DNA from: Longimicrobiales bacterium
Lineage (GTDB): Bacteria > Gemmatimonadota > Gemmatimonadetes > Longimicrobiales > Gaopeijiaceae
Assembly (NCBI GenBank): GCA_965203485.1
Contig: OZ241892.1
Location: 1,632,001 to 1,696,000, forward strand
DNA length: 64,000 nt
Direction: 5' to 3'
Shown here piece by piece: positions 30,232 to 40,096 of the stretch. The translations under genes were made by a program, and so were the position numbers. Below the pieces are notes generated by a model. It ran no database searches and had not been told where the DNA came from. It was given only the letters and a program-made list of their open reading frames with translations. The stretch's first letter is position 1. Each line of letters opens with the position of its first letter.

Positions 30232-33200
30232 CTACCGCCGTAGTTGCAGGAAGCCCCCGCGCGTCTCCAGGACGCCATCGGCCTTCAGTTCGTCCAGCGC
30301 TTGGCGGAGACCTGCCTGCACCTTCGCGCCCGCCCGCTTGAAGCCGAACAGCCGCGCCGCCTCGCGCACGACGTCGCCGTCCTCGATGCCGCGGCTCGCC
30401 CGCACCGCGTGCAGCAGGGCCTCGCGGATCTCCTCCGGCGCGATGTTGCCGACTTGGCGCAGCGAACCGGGCACCGTCTCGCCGTCGCGACGGCGCACGG
30501 CCACGTCGCCGTGATCCGGACGCCACAGATAGCCGTTGCGCTCCACGAACTGTCCCCTCCGCGCGCCCAAGCGAGCGGCGTTGCGTGCCCACTCCATGAT
30601 TCGAGAGCCTGTGCGTCTCGCCCCTGCCGCTCTGGCGAGCCGGGCGGCCGCCTCCTCCAGGCGAACCGGACTCTCGACGGCAACGACCTGCGCAAGCCAT
30701 TCGGCTCCCTGCGGCCACGGGCGCTCGTGCAGCTCCCCCAGGGCGAGACGCACGTCCGGCTCCGCCACGCGATACGGGACGGACGGATCCGCAACCTCGT
30801 GGATCCGCACGGGAGGCCCTCGGCGCAGGCCCTTGCGCTGCTCGCGCTCGACCCCGCTGGAAGGAGCCCCGCGCTGCGAATCGGGCGGCGCCGACTCGAC
30901 GGCCTTCGCGCGACTGCCCGCTCCACGGCGGCTCCCTGCTCCGCCACCGGACACTGCCTGCGCAGACCGGTCCGCCTCCCCGAGCCCGCGCTCCGCCGCT
31001 CGGTCCCGGCCGGCCGACAGGCGCTCCGTCGGCGGCGGCCCGTGTCGCGGAGCATCCGATCCGCCGGCCGCCTCTCCCGGACGCGACGAGGCTGGTGGCC
31101 GGCCAGCCGCCGTGTCCTCTCCACGCACCGTGCCAGCCGTCCGCCGCCTGGAGGCCGCCTGCTCGGCCACGCGTATGATCGCCTCCTCGGCGCGGTCCGT
31201 CTCGCGCTCCGGGCGCATGAACCAATCGGTGCTCCAAATGCGGTGAATCGTCCAGCCCAGGCCCTCGAGGACTTGCTGGCGAAGGCGGTCGCGGTCCCTG
31301 GCCGAGCGCGCGCTGTGGTAGGTCGCGCCGTCGCATTCGATGCCCAGCAGATAGCGTCCGGGGCGGGCCGGATCGACGACCGCCAGGTCCACGAAGAATC
31401 CGGCCGAGCCGATCTGGTGCTCGACTTGGTGGCCGCGCGCGCGCAACGCCGACGCCACGGCCTCTTCGAACGGAGAGTCCGCTTCCCGGCCCGTTGCGGT
31501 CGGCACGTCCAGCTGTCCAGTGCGGGCGTAGTACAGGAACTTCTTGAGGGCCTGCACGCCTCGCGACGAGGTTCGGCGCAAGTCCAAGTGGTCGGCGTCG
31601 AAGTTGGCGTGGACGACGCACCTCCGCCGCGCGCGCGTGATCAGCACGTTCAGGCGCCGCTCGCCTCCGTCGTTGTTGAGCGGGCCGAAGTTCATGGACA
31701 TGCGTCCGTCCTCCGTCCGGCCGTACCCGACGCTGATCAGGATCACGTCGCGCTCGTCGCCCTGCACGTTCTCCAGGTTCTTGACGAAGAACGGCTCCTC
31801 GGGATGCTCCGAGAAGAACGCTTCGGCGGACGGGTCGCCGCGGCGCAGAATCTCCAGTTCGTCCTCGATGCACCGCGCCTGCGCCACGCTGAACGCCGCG
31901 ACGCCCAGCGTCTGGCCGGGCTCGTCCCTGGCGTGCCGCATGGCGGCGCGCGCCACGGCCTTCGCCTCGCCCCGGTTCACGCGTCCTCCCGCGCCTCCCT
32001 TGTAGAAGGACTCCGAATCCCCGGCCAAGCTCAGCCCGGAGTTCTCGCGGCCCTTGTCGGGGCTGGGGAAGACCACGAGGCGGCCGTCGTAGAACTCGGC
32101 GTTGGAGACGGCGATCAGCGACTCGTGGCGGCTCCGGTAGTGCCAGCGGAGCATTCGCTGGGGCGCCTGCTGGGCGCAGAACATGCCCAGGACGCTCTCC
32201 AGGTCGGAGGTGAGCGAATGGTCCGCGTCCTCGTCGTCCTCGTCGGCGATGCGGTCGAAGAAGGTGGTCGGAGGAAGCTGCTTGCTGTCGCCCACGACGA
32301 CGGCTTGGCTTGCGCGCATGATCGCGCCCAGGGCGTCGACGGGCCGCACCTGGCTGGCCTCGTCGAAGATCACCAGGTCGAAGCGGACCGATCCCGGCGG
32401 CACGAACTTGGCGATCGACAAGGGGCTCATCATGAATACCGGCTTGATCGCCTGAATCGCCGCGCCGGCCCGTTGCATGAGCTTGCGGACGGGCAAGTGG
32501 CGGCGCTTCTTCTCGAACTCGCGCAGCAGGACGCCCATTTGACCTCCCGCGCCGTCCCGCGGCACGCCCTCCCAGTGCTTGAGCGCGACGCGGGCGCGGT
32601 TGTGGGCGAACTGCTCCTCGTCCAGCCGGCGGAACCGGTCCACCACGTCCTGATGGGCCACGCCGTCGAACTCCGCGAGAACCGGCCGCTCCCGCCACGC
32701 CGCCTCGATCCACACGGCGCAGCAACGGTTGCGGAAGAGCCGCGCGAGCTGTCGGCCGGCGTCCTCCCAGCCCGCGGCCGCCTCGGCCACCGCAACCAAT
32801 CCGCCCTCCTCCATGCGCTTGGCGATGCGGTTGAAGCGAACGGTCCCCTGCAGAGCGTCCACGTCGGCGGCGGCCCGCGCCAGCCACGCCTCGGTCTCGG
32901 CGAACGGTCGCGCGGCGGGCGGGCGCAACGGCGCGAAACGGGCTTCGTCCAGCTCCAGGACCGCGGCCAGGGCGTTCATCGCCTCGGCCCACTGCTCGGC
33001 CGACCGGCGGCAGGCGCTCGCCGCGGCGCTCAGGGCCTCCGCGTCCAGCGAATCGTCCAGCAGGGCGGGCGCCCGCGCGTGAACGGCGCCCGAGGCCACG
33101 TCCCCGTGCATCCGCAACAGCCATTCGGCCGTCTCGCCGATCCGCCGGCTGGCGTCGGCGTCCCATCCCGGGGCCGGCCCGTCGAACAGCCGCGCCAGCA

Positions 33201-35472
33201 GGGGCCGCGCCCGCTCGACGGCGTCCTTCAGGCGCTGGGCGATCAAGACGGCGTCGACGAGGATCAGGCTCGCCCGGTGGTCCTTCGGAGGCTCGTCCCT
33301 GCACAGTCCCCGCAACTCCTTGGCGGCCCTCCGCCAACCGGGCGAGAGGAATCTCAGCCAGGAACCGCCGCTGGACGCCAGTCCTTGGCGAAGCACCAGC
33401 ACGCCCGGCTGCTCCCACGCCTCCGGGATCAACGCCGAGTCGTGCTCGGTGCGAAGGCGAGCAAGTTCGAGCGCGTCGCTCGCCAGCGCTTCGATTTCGC
33501 CGACTCGCTCCGTCCACTCGGGCGCCCCGTGCCGGACGCCCGCCAAGTCCGGCGCTTCGGCAACGCGCGCCGCGGTCGCGAGGAGCGTCTCGGTAGCGCG
33601 TCGGCCGAGCCTCTCGGAGCCCGCGCCAAGCATTTCGCCGAGTCGCTCCGCGTCGGCCCTGTGGCGGCGAAGCGCCGCGGTCGCGGCATCCAGCGCCTCG
33701 GCGACGCGGCTCCTGTCGGCCGGCATGTAGCGCGACAACGCGCTGCCCCAGAACGGGAGCTTTCTCGGGACGCCCGTCGTCGCCACCAGACTCTCCAGCT
33801 CGCTCACGCCTTCGGCGCGCTGGTCGAACTCGTCCCGGCTCCACGAAGCCGCGCCCGGCAACTCCAGCGGCGGGGCGCCCGCCGGACCGTCGGGGCCGCC
33901 CGTCCTCGCCAACTCGCCGATCAGCTGCTGGGGCGTCAGCTTGGTGAGCCCGACGGGCGAGTTCACCGCCCGCGAGTACTCGTTGAGGCGGTCCCGGCTC
34001 CGCTCGAGCTGGACCGTCGCGTCCTCGGCGTCCGGCGGCTGCGGCCGTCCCAGGTGCAGCGTGCGCTCGAGTTCGGCCAGCACGGCGGCCTTGTTCGCGT
34101 TGTGGCTGTGCAGCTCCAGGCAGGCGTCGCCCGCGTGCGCGCCGTCGAGCCTGCGCTTGACCACCTCGAGCGCCGCCATCTTCTCCGCGACGAAGAGCAC
34201 CGTCTTGCCTCGCGCCACGCATTCGGCGACCAAATTCGTGATCGTCTGCGATTTCCCCGTCCCCGGCGGCCCCTGGACGACCAAGTTCCGCCCCGCCACC
34301 GCGTCCAGCACGGCCAGCGTTTGCGAGCTGTCCGAGTCCAGCACCTGGTGCATCTCTCCGGCCTCGGGCCGCTCGTCCAGCCAGGGGCCGCCGTCGTCCG
34401 GATCCGCGGCGCTCGGATCCCTCTCGAAGCCGTCGCCGTAGAGCGAGCGCACGACCGGGTGCTGATCGGGAGCCTCCTCGCCGGGCCAGGCGTCCACGTC
34501 CAAGTCCTTGTAGATCAGCAGCTTGCTGAAGGAAAAGAAGCCCAGGTGGACGGCCTGCCTGTCCACCTTCCAGCGCGGCAGACGCGACACGGCCTGCTCG
34601 ACCTGGTCGAAGTAGACGTCCACGTCCAGGTCCTCCGCGTCCTCCAAGTCGGGCAACGGCACCTGGAAGTCGCGCCGCATCTTGGCGTCCAGCGAGAGGT
34701 TGGCCTCGATCTCGTCCTCGTTCCAGCGTACCCGGAAACGTGCCCGCAAGCTGGCCCGGTCCAGTTCCACAGGCACCAGCACCAAGGGCGCTCGGCGCTC
34801 CGTCTCGCTCGAGTCGGATTCGTACCAGACCAGCATCCCCAGCGCCAGGTAGAGAATGTTGACGCCTTGCTCCTCGATCGACGAGCGCGCATGGCGCAAC
34901 GTGTTGCGCAACAGCATCTCCATGCGGTCCTCGACGTGCGCGGTCTGCAACTTGTTGTCCAGCTGGCGCTCGGCGGGATCTTCGGCGGCGGTCGGCTCGT
35001 GGCCAGTGGCGTCGTCTCCGCGCGGCCCGACCGGCGGCGGCGGGACGCCCCCCGTCTGGGACGGCGGACGTGCCGGGGAGTCGGCCACGGGGTCTCCGCG
35101 CCCGCTTCCGAGCCCTCCGAGCCCGTTCAGCGCGGGCTCGTCTCCGGCCGGCGGGAGCTGCCCGGCCCGCGTGGCCCCCTGCGGCTCGGGCGCACCCGGG
35201 CCGGCGGCCGGCTCGGTCTGGTCCGGCGCCGGCACGAAGTACATGCCGCTCTTCTTTTCGACGAGGCGGCGAAAGACTTCGCGGGGCGACTCGTCCACGA
35301 CCTGCACGCCCTTGGCCCGCAACGGACGAAATGACAGCAACGGGTTGCGCAACGTGATGTCGAGGAGGTCCCGGCGCGACGTCGACAGCAGGCCGGCGAT
35401 CGACGCGGGGCTCGCGCCGGCCGAGTCGTTCACCGGGGCTCCGCCGCTTCGCTGGGATCGTTCGTCGTTCAT
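30232..35472 (-). CDS. DUF4011-SF1 (Upf1/Dna2-like) helicase-Vsr-like nuclease-DUF3320 protein, Hhe-type anti-phage candidate
   Basis: LLDITLRNPLL and EEQGVNILYLALG (DUF4011); QGPPGTGKSQT, IFDEASQ, HYRS, VQGDERD, RRLNVLITRAR (helicase); GIECDGATYHS...GWTIHRIWSTDW (nuclease); VVAVESPV C-terminal domain. Confidence 0.85.
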   Translation of the reverse strand: MNDERSQRSGGAPVNDSAGASPASIAGLLSTSRRDLLDITLRNPLLSFRPLRAKGVQVVDESPREVFRRLVEKKSGMYFVPAPDQTEPAAGPGAPEPQGATRAGQLPPAGDEPALNGLGGLGSGRGDPVADSPARPPSQTGGVPPPPVGPRGDDATGHEPTAAEDPAERQLDNKLQTAHVEDRMEMLLRNTLRHARSSIEEQGVNILYLALGMLVWYESDSSETERRAPLVLVPVELDRASLRARFRVRWNEDEIEANLSLDAKMRRDFQVPLPDLEDAEDLDVDVYFDQVEQAVSRLPRWKVDRQAVHLGFFSFSKLLIYKDLDVDAWPGEEAPDQHPVVRSLYGDGFERDPSAADPDDGGPWLDERPEAGEMHQVLDSDSSQTLAVLDAVAGRNLVVQGPPGTGKSQTITNLVAECVARGKTVLFVAEKMAALEVVKRRLDGAHAGDACLELHSHNANKAAVLAELERTLHLGRPQPPDAEDATVQLERSRDRLNEYSRAVNSPVGLTKLTPQQLIGELARTGGPDGPAGAPPLELPGAASWSRDEFDQRAEGVSELESLVATTGVPRKLPFWGSALSRYMPADRSRVAEALDAATAALRRHRADAERLGEMLGAGSERLGRRATETLLATAARVAEAPDLAGVRHGAPEWTERVGEIEALASDALELARLRTEHDSALIPEAWEQPGVLVLRQGLASSGGSWLRFLSPGWRRAAKELRGLCRDEPPKDHRASLILVDAVLIAQRLKDAVERARPLLARLFDGPAPGWDADASRRIGETAEWLLRMHGDVASGAVHARAPALLDDSLDAEALSAAASACRRSAEQWAEAMNALAAVLELDEARFAPLRPPAARPFAETEAWLARAAADVDALQGTVRFNRIAKRMEEGGLVAVAEAAAGWEDAGRQLARLFRNRCCAVWIEAAWRERPVLAEFDGVAHQDVVDRFRRLDEEQFAHNRARVALKHWEGVPRDGAGGQMGVLLREFEKKRRHLPVRKLMQRAGAAIQAIKPVFMMSPLSIAKFVPPGSVRFDLVIFDEASQVRPVDALGAIMRASQAVVVGDSKQLPPTTFFDRIADEDDEDADHSLTSDLESVLGMFCAQQAPQRMLRWHYRSRHESLIAVSNAEFYDGRLVVFPSPDKGRENSGLSLAGDSESFYKGGAGGRVNRGEAKAVARAAMRHARDEPGQTLGVAAFSVAQARCIEDELEILRRGDPSAEAFFSEHPEEPFFVKNLENVQGDERDVILISVGYGRTEDGRMSMNFGPLNNDGGERRLNVLITRARRRCVVHANFDADHLDLRRTSSRGVQALKKFLYYARTGQLDVPTATGREADSPFEEAVASALRARGHQVEHQIGSAGFFVDLAVVDPARPGRYLLGIECDGATYHSARSARDRDRLRQQVLEGLGWTIHRIWSTDWFMRPERETDRAEEAIIRVAEQAASRRRTAGTVRGEDTAAGRPPASSRPGEAAGGSDAPRHGPPPTERLSAGRDRAAERGLGEADRSAQAVSGGGAGSRRGAGSRAKAVESAPPDSQRGAPSSGVEREQRKGLRRGPPVRIHEVADPSVPYRVAEPDVRLALGELHERPWPQGAEWLAQVVAVESPVRLEEAAARLARAAGARRTGSRIMEWARNAARLGARRGQFVERNGYLWRPDHGDVAVRRRDGETVPGSLRQVGNIAPEEIREALLHAVRASRGIEDGDVVREAARLFGFKRAGAKVQAGLRQALDELKADGVLETRGGFLQLRR

Positions 35473-35635
35473 GGGGGACTTCCGCCGTACGCGCCGCCCG
35501 GCTCGCGAGCGGCCGTGATCACGGGCGCCGGGCGCCAGAACTCCCGCCTACGCGGCGCTCGGTTGGTCCTTGGCGCGGCTCCGCGCCGGCTTGGGCACGC
35601 AGGCCGCCGCTCTTCCGGGAGTCTGGGGCGCAAGG

Positions 35636-36913
35636 CTACGGTTCGCGTTGAATGTCCGCCCCCAAGGCCGCCAAGCGCTCGTCGATGCGCTCGTATCCGC
35701 GCTCGATCTGCCCAGCGTTGCGAATGACGCTCCGGCCGCGGGCGCACAGGGCGGCGATCACCATGGCCATGCCGGCGCGGATGTCGGGGCTCTCCAGGAC
35801 GGCCCCGCGCAACGGAGCCGGGCCCGTCACCACCACGCGGTGCGGGTCGCACAGGATTATGCGCGCGCCCATCCCCACCAGCTTGTCCGTGAAGAACATC
35901 CGCGATTCGAACATCTTCTCGTGAACCAGGACGGTGCCCTTGGCCTGCGTGGCGACGACGACCGCGATCGACGTGAGGTCGGCGGGAAAGGCCGGCCAAG
36001 GCCCGTCGTCGACCTTCGGGACGTGGCCGAAGGCGTCCATGCGGACTTCGGGCGCCTCGCGTCCGTCCGCGACGAGGGCGCGTCCTCGCACGCTGCACCG
36101 CACGCCCAAGCGAGCGAAGCCGATAAGCGTCGAGTCCAGGTGTTCGATGGGAGCGTCCTCGACGACGATCTTGCCGCGCGTGGCCGCGGCGAGGCCGATG
36201 AAGGAGCCGGTCTCGATGTGGTCGCGCCCGATCGTCACCTCGGCGGGCTGCAACGCATCGACGCCGCGAACGGTCAGCGTGGAGCCGCCGGTCCCCTCGA
36301 TCCTCGCGCCCATGGCGTTCAGCGCGTGGCACAGGTCCTGGACGTGCGGCTCGCACGCCGCGTTGCGGACCACGGTGCGCCCGTCGGCCAGCGCGGCCGC
36401 CATGACGGCGTTCTCCGTCGCGGTGACCGACGGCTCGTCCAGGAAGATGTTCGCGCCCGCGAGCCGCCCGGCCTTGATCTCCACGTCGGCAGGCGTGTGG
36501 ACGTCGGCCCCAAGCGCGCGGAAGGCGAGCAGATGCGTGTCGAGGCGGCGGCGGCCGATGACGTCGCCCCCCGGAGGCGGCAACGAGACCGAGCCGAATC
36601 TGGCCAGCAAGGGCCCCGCCAGCAGAACCGAGGCGCGGATCCGCTGCGACAGCCCCCGGTCCAGCTTGGACGGCTCCACGCCGGCGCCGTCGATCTCCAC
36701 TTCGTTGGCGCCGGTCCACTCGACGCCCGCGCCCAACGACTCGGCGATCTCGAGCAGCGTCAGCACGTCGCGGATGCGCGGCACGTTGCGAACCTTGGTT
36801 CGCTCCGGCGACATGAGCGTGGCGGCCAGAACCGGGAGCGCGGCGTTCTTGTTCCCCGCCGGAACGACGCTTCCGCCGAGGGGGCGCCCGCCCGAGATCA
36901 CAAGCGAAGGCAT
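35636..36913 (-). CDS. murA: UDP-N-acetylglucosamine 1-carboxyvinyltransferase (Cys-to-Asp type)
   Basis: GNKNAALP, RASVLLAGPLL, PGGDVIGRR, SVTATEN, DIRAG, IERGYE. Confidence 0.95.
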   Translation of the reverse strand: MPSLVISGGRPLGGSVVPAGNKNAALPVLAATLMSPERTKVRNVPRIRDVLTLLEIAESLGAGVEWTGANEVEIDGAGVEPSKLDRGLSQRIRASVLLAGPLLARFGSVSLPPPGGDVIGRRRLDTHLLAFRALGADVHTPADVEIKAGRLAGANIFLDEPSVTATENAVMAAALADGRTVVRNAACEPHVQDLCHALNAMGARIEGTGGSTLTVRGVDALQPAEVTIGRDHIETGSFIGLAAATRGKIVVEDAPIEHLDSTLIGFARLGVRCSVRGRALVADGREAPEVRMDAFGHVPKVDDGPWPAFPADLTSIAVVVATQAKGTVLVHEKMFESRMFFTDKLVGMGARIILCDPHRVVVTGPAPLRGAVLESPDIRAGMAMVIAALCARGRSVIRNAGQIERGYERIDERLAALGADIQREP

Positions 36914-37121
36914 GGCGGGCCTCGGGTTTGGTGGACGCGGCAAGAAGGAGCGCGACCAAGATAGTGCGGCGGGACGACGACGGCACGCCGGGCCGCCCTC
37001 CGTTCCCTGCAGGTCCGCCGGCCCCGGCCGCCCGGCCCGAGCGGCATCCGTGGAGGCGCGGGACGAGGGAACCGGCCCCGCGCGGTTTCGCGGCTCGCGG
37101 CGGCGGGCCATATTCCGAGCC

Positions 37122-37742
37122 ATGAGCCTCCATCCTTCGGCGTTCCAGGCGCTGGCGGGCGCGGCCAACGGCGGCGGCGCCTGGATCCCCTGGGCGAATC
37201 TGGGCATTTTGGCGGCGCTGGCCGCCATCCTGGGCGCCCTGATCCTCGTCTTGCTGGAAGTGCGCAGGTTGGCGAAGGAGTGGGGTGGCTTCCTGGAGAT
37301 TGCGCGCGACCGCACAGGCCCGCTGGTCGACCACGCGGCTAACGCGGTCCGCAACTTGGACCACGTGTGCAAGGCGGCCCGCAAGGGCGTCGACCGGATC
37401 GACGGGACTGCCAGCCGCCTGGCGGACGACGCGGACAAGGCCGCGGAGCACGTGCGGGGCCGGCTGGGCGAACTCAAGGCGCTGGCCGACTTGGCGCAGT
37501 CCGAGGCGGAGGACGCCGTGCTGGACGCCGCCGCCAAGCTGCGCCTGCTGCGGCGCGGAGCCGGACTGACCGGATTGTTGCAGAGAGTGGGGGCGCACGT
37601 TGCGCCGCCGGACAAGGCGGACGGCGAGGCCCCCGGCGAGCGTCCCCCCGCATCGCGACCATTGGACGGCACGCCGGACGCCGACGGCGACGACCCCTCC
37701 GATCAACATGAGAAGGGCGTGCCGCGCTCGGTTCAGACGTAG
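37122..37742 (+). CDS. Membrane-anchored coiled-coil protein (DUF948-like)
   Basis: One TM helix (LGILAALAAILGALILVLL) followed by amphipathic helices; fills the gap between murA and pcrA. Confidence 0.65.
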   Translation: MSLHPSAFQALAGAANGGGAWIPWANLGILAALAAILGALILVLLEVRRLAKEWGGFLEIARDRTGPLVDHAANAVRNLDHVCKAARKGVDRIDGTASRLADDADKAAEHVRGRLGELKALADLAQSEAEDAVLDAAAKLRLLRRGAGLTGLLQRVGAHVAPPDKADGEAPGERPPASRPLDGTPDADGDDPSDQHEKGVPRSVQT

Positions 37743-40096
37743 TCCTTCTGCAGTCCCGCGTAGCGCACCAGCAGCTTCTTGCGCCCCGCGTCTCCGAAGT
37801 CCACGACGACCTTGAGGTCCGCGCCGAAGCCGGACAGCTCGACGATCGTGCCCGAGCCGAACGTCTGGTGGACCACGGCTTCCCCCTTGGCGAACTGCGG
37901 ACGGTCCTGGTCGAAGCCTTCGTCGTCCCACTCTCCGGCGCCCAACCGTCCCGACGGCCGGTCCGCCATGCCGTCGTTGGCGGCCGGCCCGCCGTCCCGC
38001 CGCCACCGCCCGCGGCGCCCCGGCGCCGCCCAGGAAGCCGGCCGGGTCGCCGCCCACTCGACTTTGTCCAGGATCGGGTCCGCGAACGACGACAGTTCCC
38101 GCGACGAGTACTCGCCGAAGCGACGGCGACGGCGAGCGTACGTGAGGTACAGCCGGTCCTGCGCGCGCGTGACGCCGACGTAGCACAACCTGCGCTCTTC
38201 TTCGACGTGTTCCGATCCCTCCTCTCCGGCGCCCAGCGGCAGGAGCCCTTCTTCCAGGCCGCTCACGAACACGATGGGGAACTCGAGCCCCTTCGCCGTA
38301 TGCAACGTCATGAGCACGACCGCGTCCGCGCCCGCGTCGTGATTGTCGACGTCGGTGACCAGCGCCATCTGCTGAAGGAAGAGCTGCAACGGGGTCGGAT
38401 CGCGCGACGCGTCCTCGTCCATATCCTCCATGCCGCCTCCTTCGAGTTCATCGGTCACCCCCTCGTCGAACAACTCCGCGGCGGCGATGAACTCCTTGAG
38501 GTTGTCTATGCGGTCGCTTTCTTCCGGCGCCTCGTTGCGCAATAGCGAAATCAGTCCCAGTTCCTCGACCATCCGCTTCAGCAAGTCGCCGACCCCGATG
38601 TTCTCGGACAACGCGGCATAGTCGCGTATCAGCTTCGCGAAGCCACGCGCGCCGCGCACCGCCGCGGCCGCCAGTCCGGGGGCCTCGCGGGCGCTCTCGG
38701 CAGCTTCGAGCAAACTCATGGCCCGTTCGGTCGCGAACGACGACAACCGGTTCACGGACACTTGGCCCAGTCCGCGACGAGGGTAGTTCACCACGCGCTC
38801 GAAGGCGTTGTCGTCGCGGGGGTTCGCTACAAGGTTCAAGTACGCCAGCACGTCCTGAATTTCCCGGCGTTCGTAGAAGCGCAAGCCGCCCACGATCTGA
38901 TACGGCACGCCACGACGGCGCAAGCGGTCCTCCAGCGCCCGCGACTGCGCGTTCGTTCGGTACAAGACTGCAAAGTCGCCATGCCCGCGTGCGGGTTCGC
39001 TCAGCATGAGCCGCTCGATTTCCTCGACGATCCAGCGCGCCTCGTCCAATTCGTCTTCGGCGCCCGCGAGCGCGACCGGAGCGCCGCCTCGCCGTTGCGT
39101 TCGCATTGTCTTCGCCTTGCGCGTCTCGTTGCAGTCGATGACCGCATTGCCTATGTCCAAGATGGCCTGCGTGGACCGGTAGTTGCGCTCCAGCTTGACA
39201 ACGCCCGCGCCTTGAAACTCGGCCTCGAAGTCCAGGATGTTGCGAATGTCGGCGCCGCGCCAGCCATAGATGGCTTGATCGTCGTCGCCGACCACCATCA
39301 GGTTGCGGTGTCGAGAGGCAAGCAAGCTGAGAAACTTGAACTGAACAGCGTTCGTATCCTGAAACTCGTCGACCAGAACGAAGGCGAAGTGCTCGCCGTA
39401 TCGATTCCTGAGCGCTTCGTCCTTCTCGAGCAGCCGCACGGGCAACACCAGAAGGTCGTCGAAGTCGGTGGCGTCCTGGGCACGCAACGCTCTTTCGTAG
39501 GCCGGGTAGACGCGCGCGGCGGCGCCGACGTGCGGGTCCGCTTCCCCCGCTGTGCTCTCGGCGTACTGGGCCGGCGTCAGAAGCATGTTCTTGGCGGTGG
39601 AAATGAGCCAGCGAAGATTCTTCGGGGCATGCCGCTTGTGGTTCACGCCGACTCCGGCCGCCGCGCGCTTGATCTCGCGCAACGACTGTTCCGCATTGCG
39701 GATCGTGAACGCCGGAGTCAGCCCTGCCGCGGGCGCGTGGCGCCGCAGGAGGCGCGCCCCGATCTTGTGGAACGTCCCCATCCAAATGCCCTTTGGCGCC
39801 CCGCCGAGCATACGCGTCACGCGCTCGCGCATTTCCGCCGCCGCCTTGTTGGTGAACGTGACTGCGATGATGCGCTCGGGCGGCACTCCGTGGTCCAGGA
39901 TCAGCCGGCAGACGCGCGTGGTGAGGACGCGCGTCTTGCCCGACCCCGGGCCGGCCAGCACCAGGCACGGGCCCTCGAAGTGCTCGACGGCTTGCCGCTG
40001 CTCGGGGTTGAGACCGGCCAGGATGCCGTCCGTCCGCTCCAGCAGGGTCGGCGGCGCGTCGCTACGGGCGGTCACGGGCCGCTCCGCCCCGTCCAT
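37733..40096 (-). CDS. pcrA: UvrD/PcrA-family ATP-dependent DNA helicase (start could be GTG 40075)
   Basis: LNPEQ, AGPGSGKT, VDEFQDTN, VGDDDQAIYGWRGA, NYRS, TLHTAKGLEF, EERRLCYVGVTRA, C-terminal Tudor-like HQTFGSG. Confidence 0.94.
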   Translation of the reverse strand: MDGAERPVTARSDAPPTLLERTDGILAGLNPEQRQAVEHFEGPCLVLAGPGSGKTRVLTTRVCRLILDHGVPPERIIAVTFTNKAAAEMRERVTRMLGGAPKGIWMGTFHKIGARLLRRHAPAAGLTPAFTIRNAEQSLREIKRAAAGVGVNHKRHAPKNLRWLISTAKNMLLTPAQYAESTAGEADPHVGAAARVYPAYERALRAQDATDFDDLLVLPVRLLEKDEALRNRYGEHFAFVLVDEFQDTNAVQFKFLSLLASRHRNLMVVGDDDQAIYGWRGADIRNILDFEAEFQGAGVVKLERNYRSTQAILDIGNAVIDCNETRKAKTMRTQRRGGAPVALAGAEDELDEARWIVEEIERLMLSEPARGHGDFAVLYRTNAQSRALEDRLRRRGVPYQIVGGLRFYERREIQDVLAYLNLVANPRDDNAFERVVNYPRRGLGQVSVNRLSSFATERAMSLLEAAESAREAPGLAAAAVRGARGFAKLIRDYAALSENIGVGDLLKRMVEELGLISLLRNEAPEESDRIDNLKEFIAAAELFDEGVTDELEGGGMEDMDEDASRDPTPLQLFLQQMALVTDVDNHDAGADAVVLMTLHTAKGLEFPIVFVSGLEEGLLPLGAGEEGSEHVEEERRLCYVGVTRAQDRLYLTYARRRRRFGEYSSRELSSFADPILDKVEWAATRPASWAAPGRRGRWRRDGGPAANDGMADRPSGRLGAGEWDDEGFDQDRPQFAKGEAVVHQTFGSGTIVELSGFGADLKVVVDFGDAGRKKLLVRYAGLQKDYV

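Noticed and set aside
30244..35334. 1696-aa plus-strand ORF and the 1335-aa alternative minus-strand frame
   Set aside because: Shadows of the helicase-nuclease gene with no recognisable domains
25440..35630. Accessory block as an integrative element or prophage
   Set aside because: No integrase, tRNA, att repeats or phage genes visible
35532..35631. Imperfect inverted repeat CCAGA(A)CTCCCG/CGGGAGTCTGG between murA and the defence gene
   Set aside because: Short, bulged, no target duplication or second copy seen; cannot support a MITE or ncRNA
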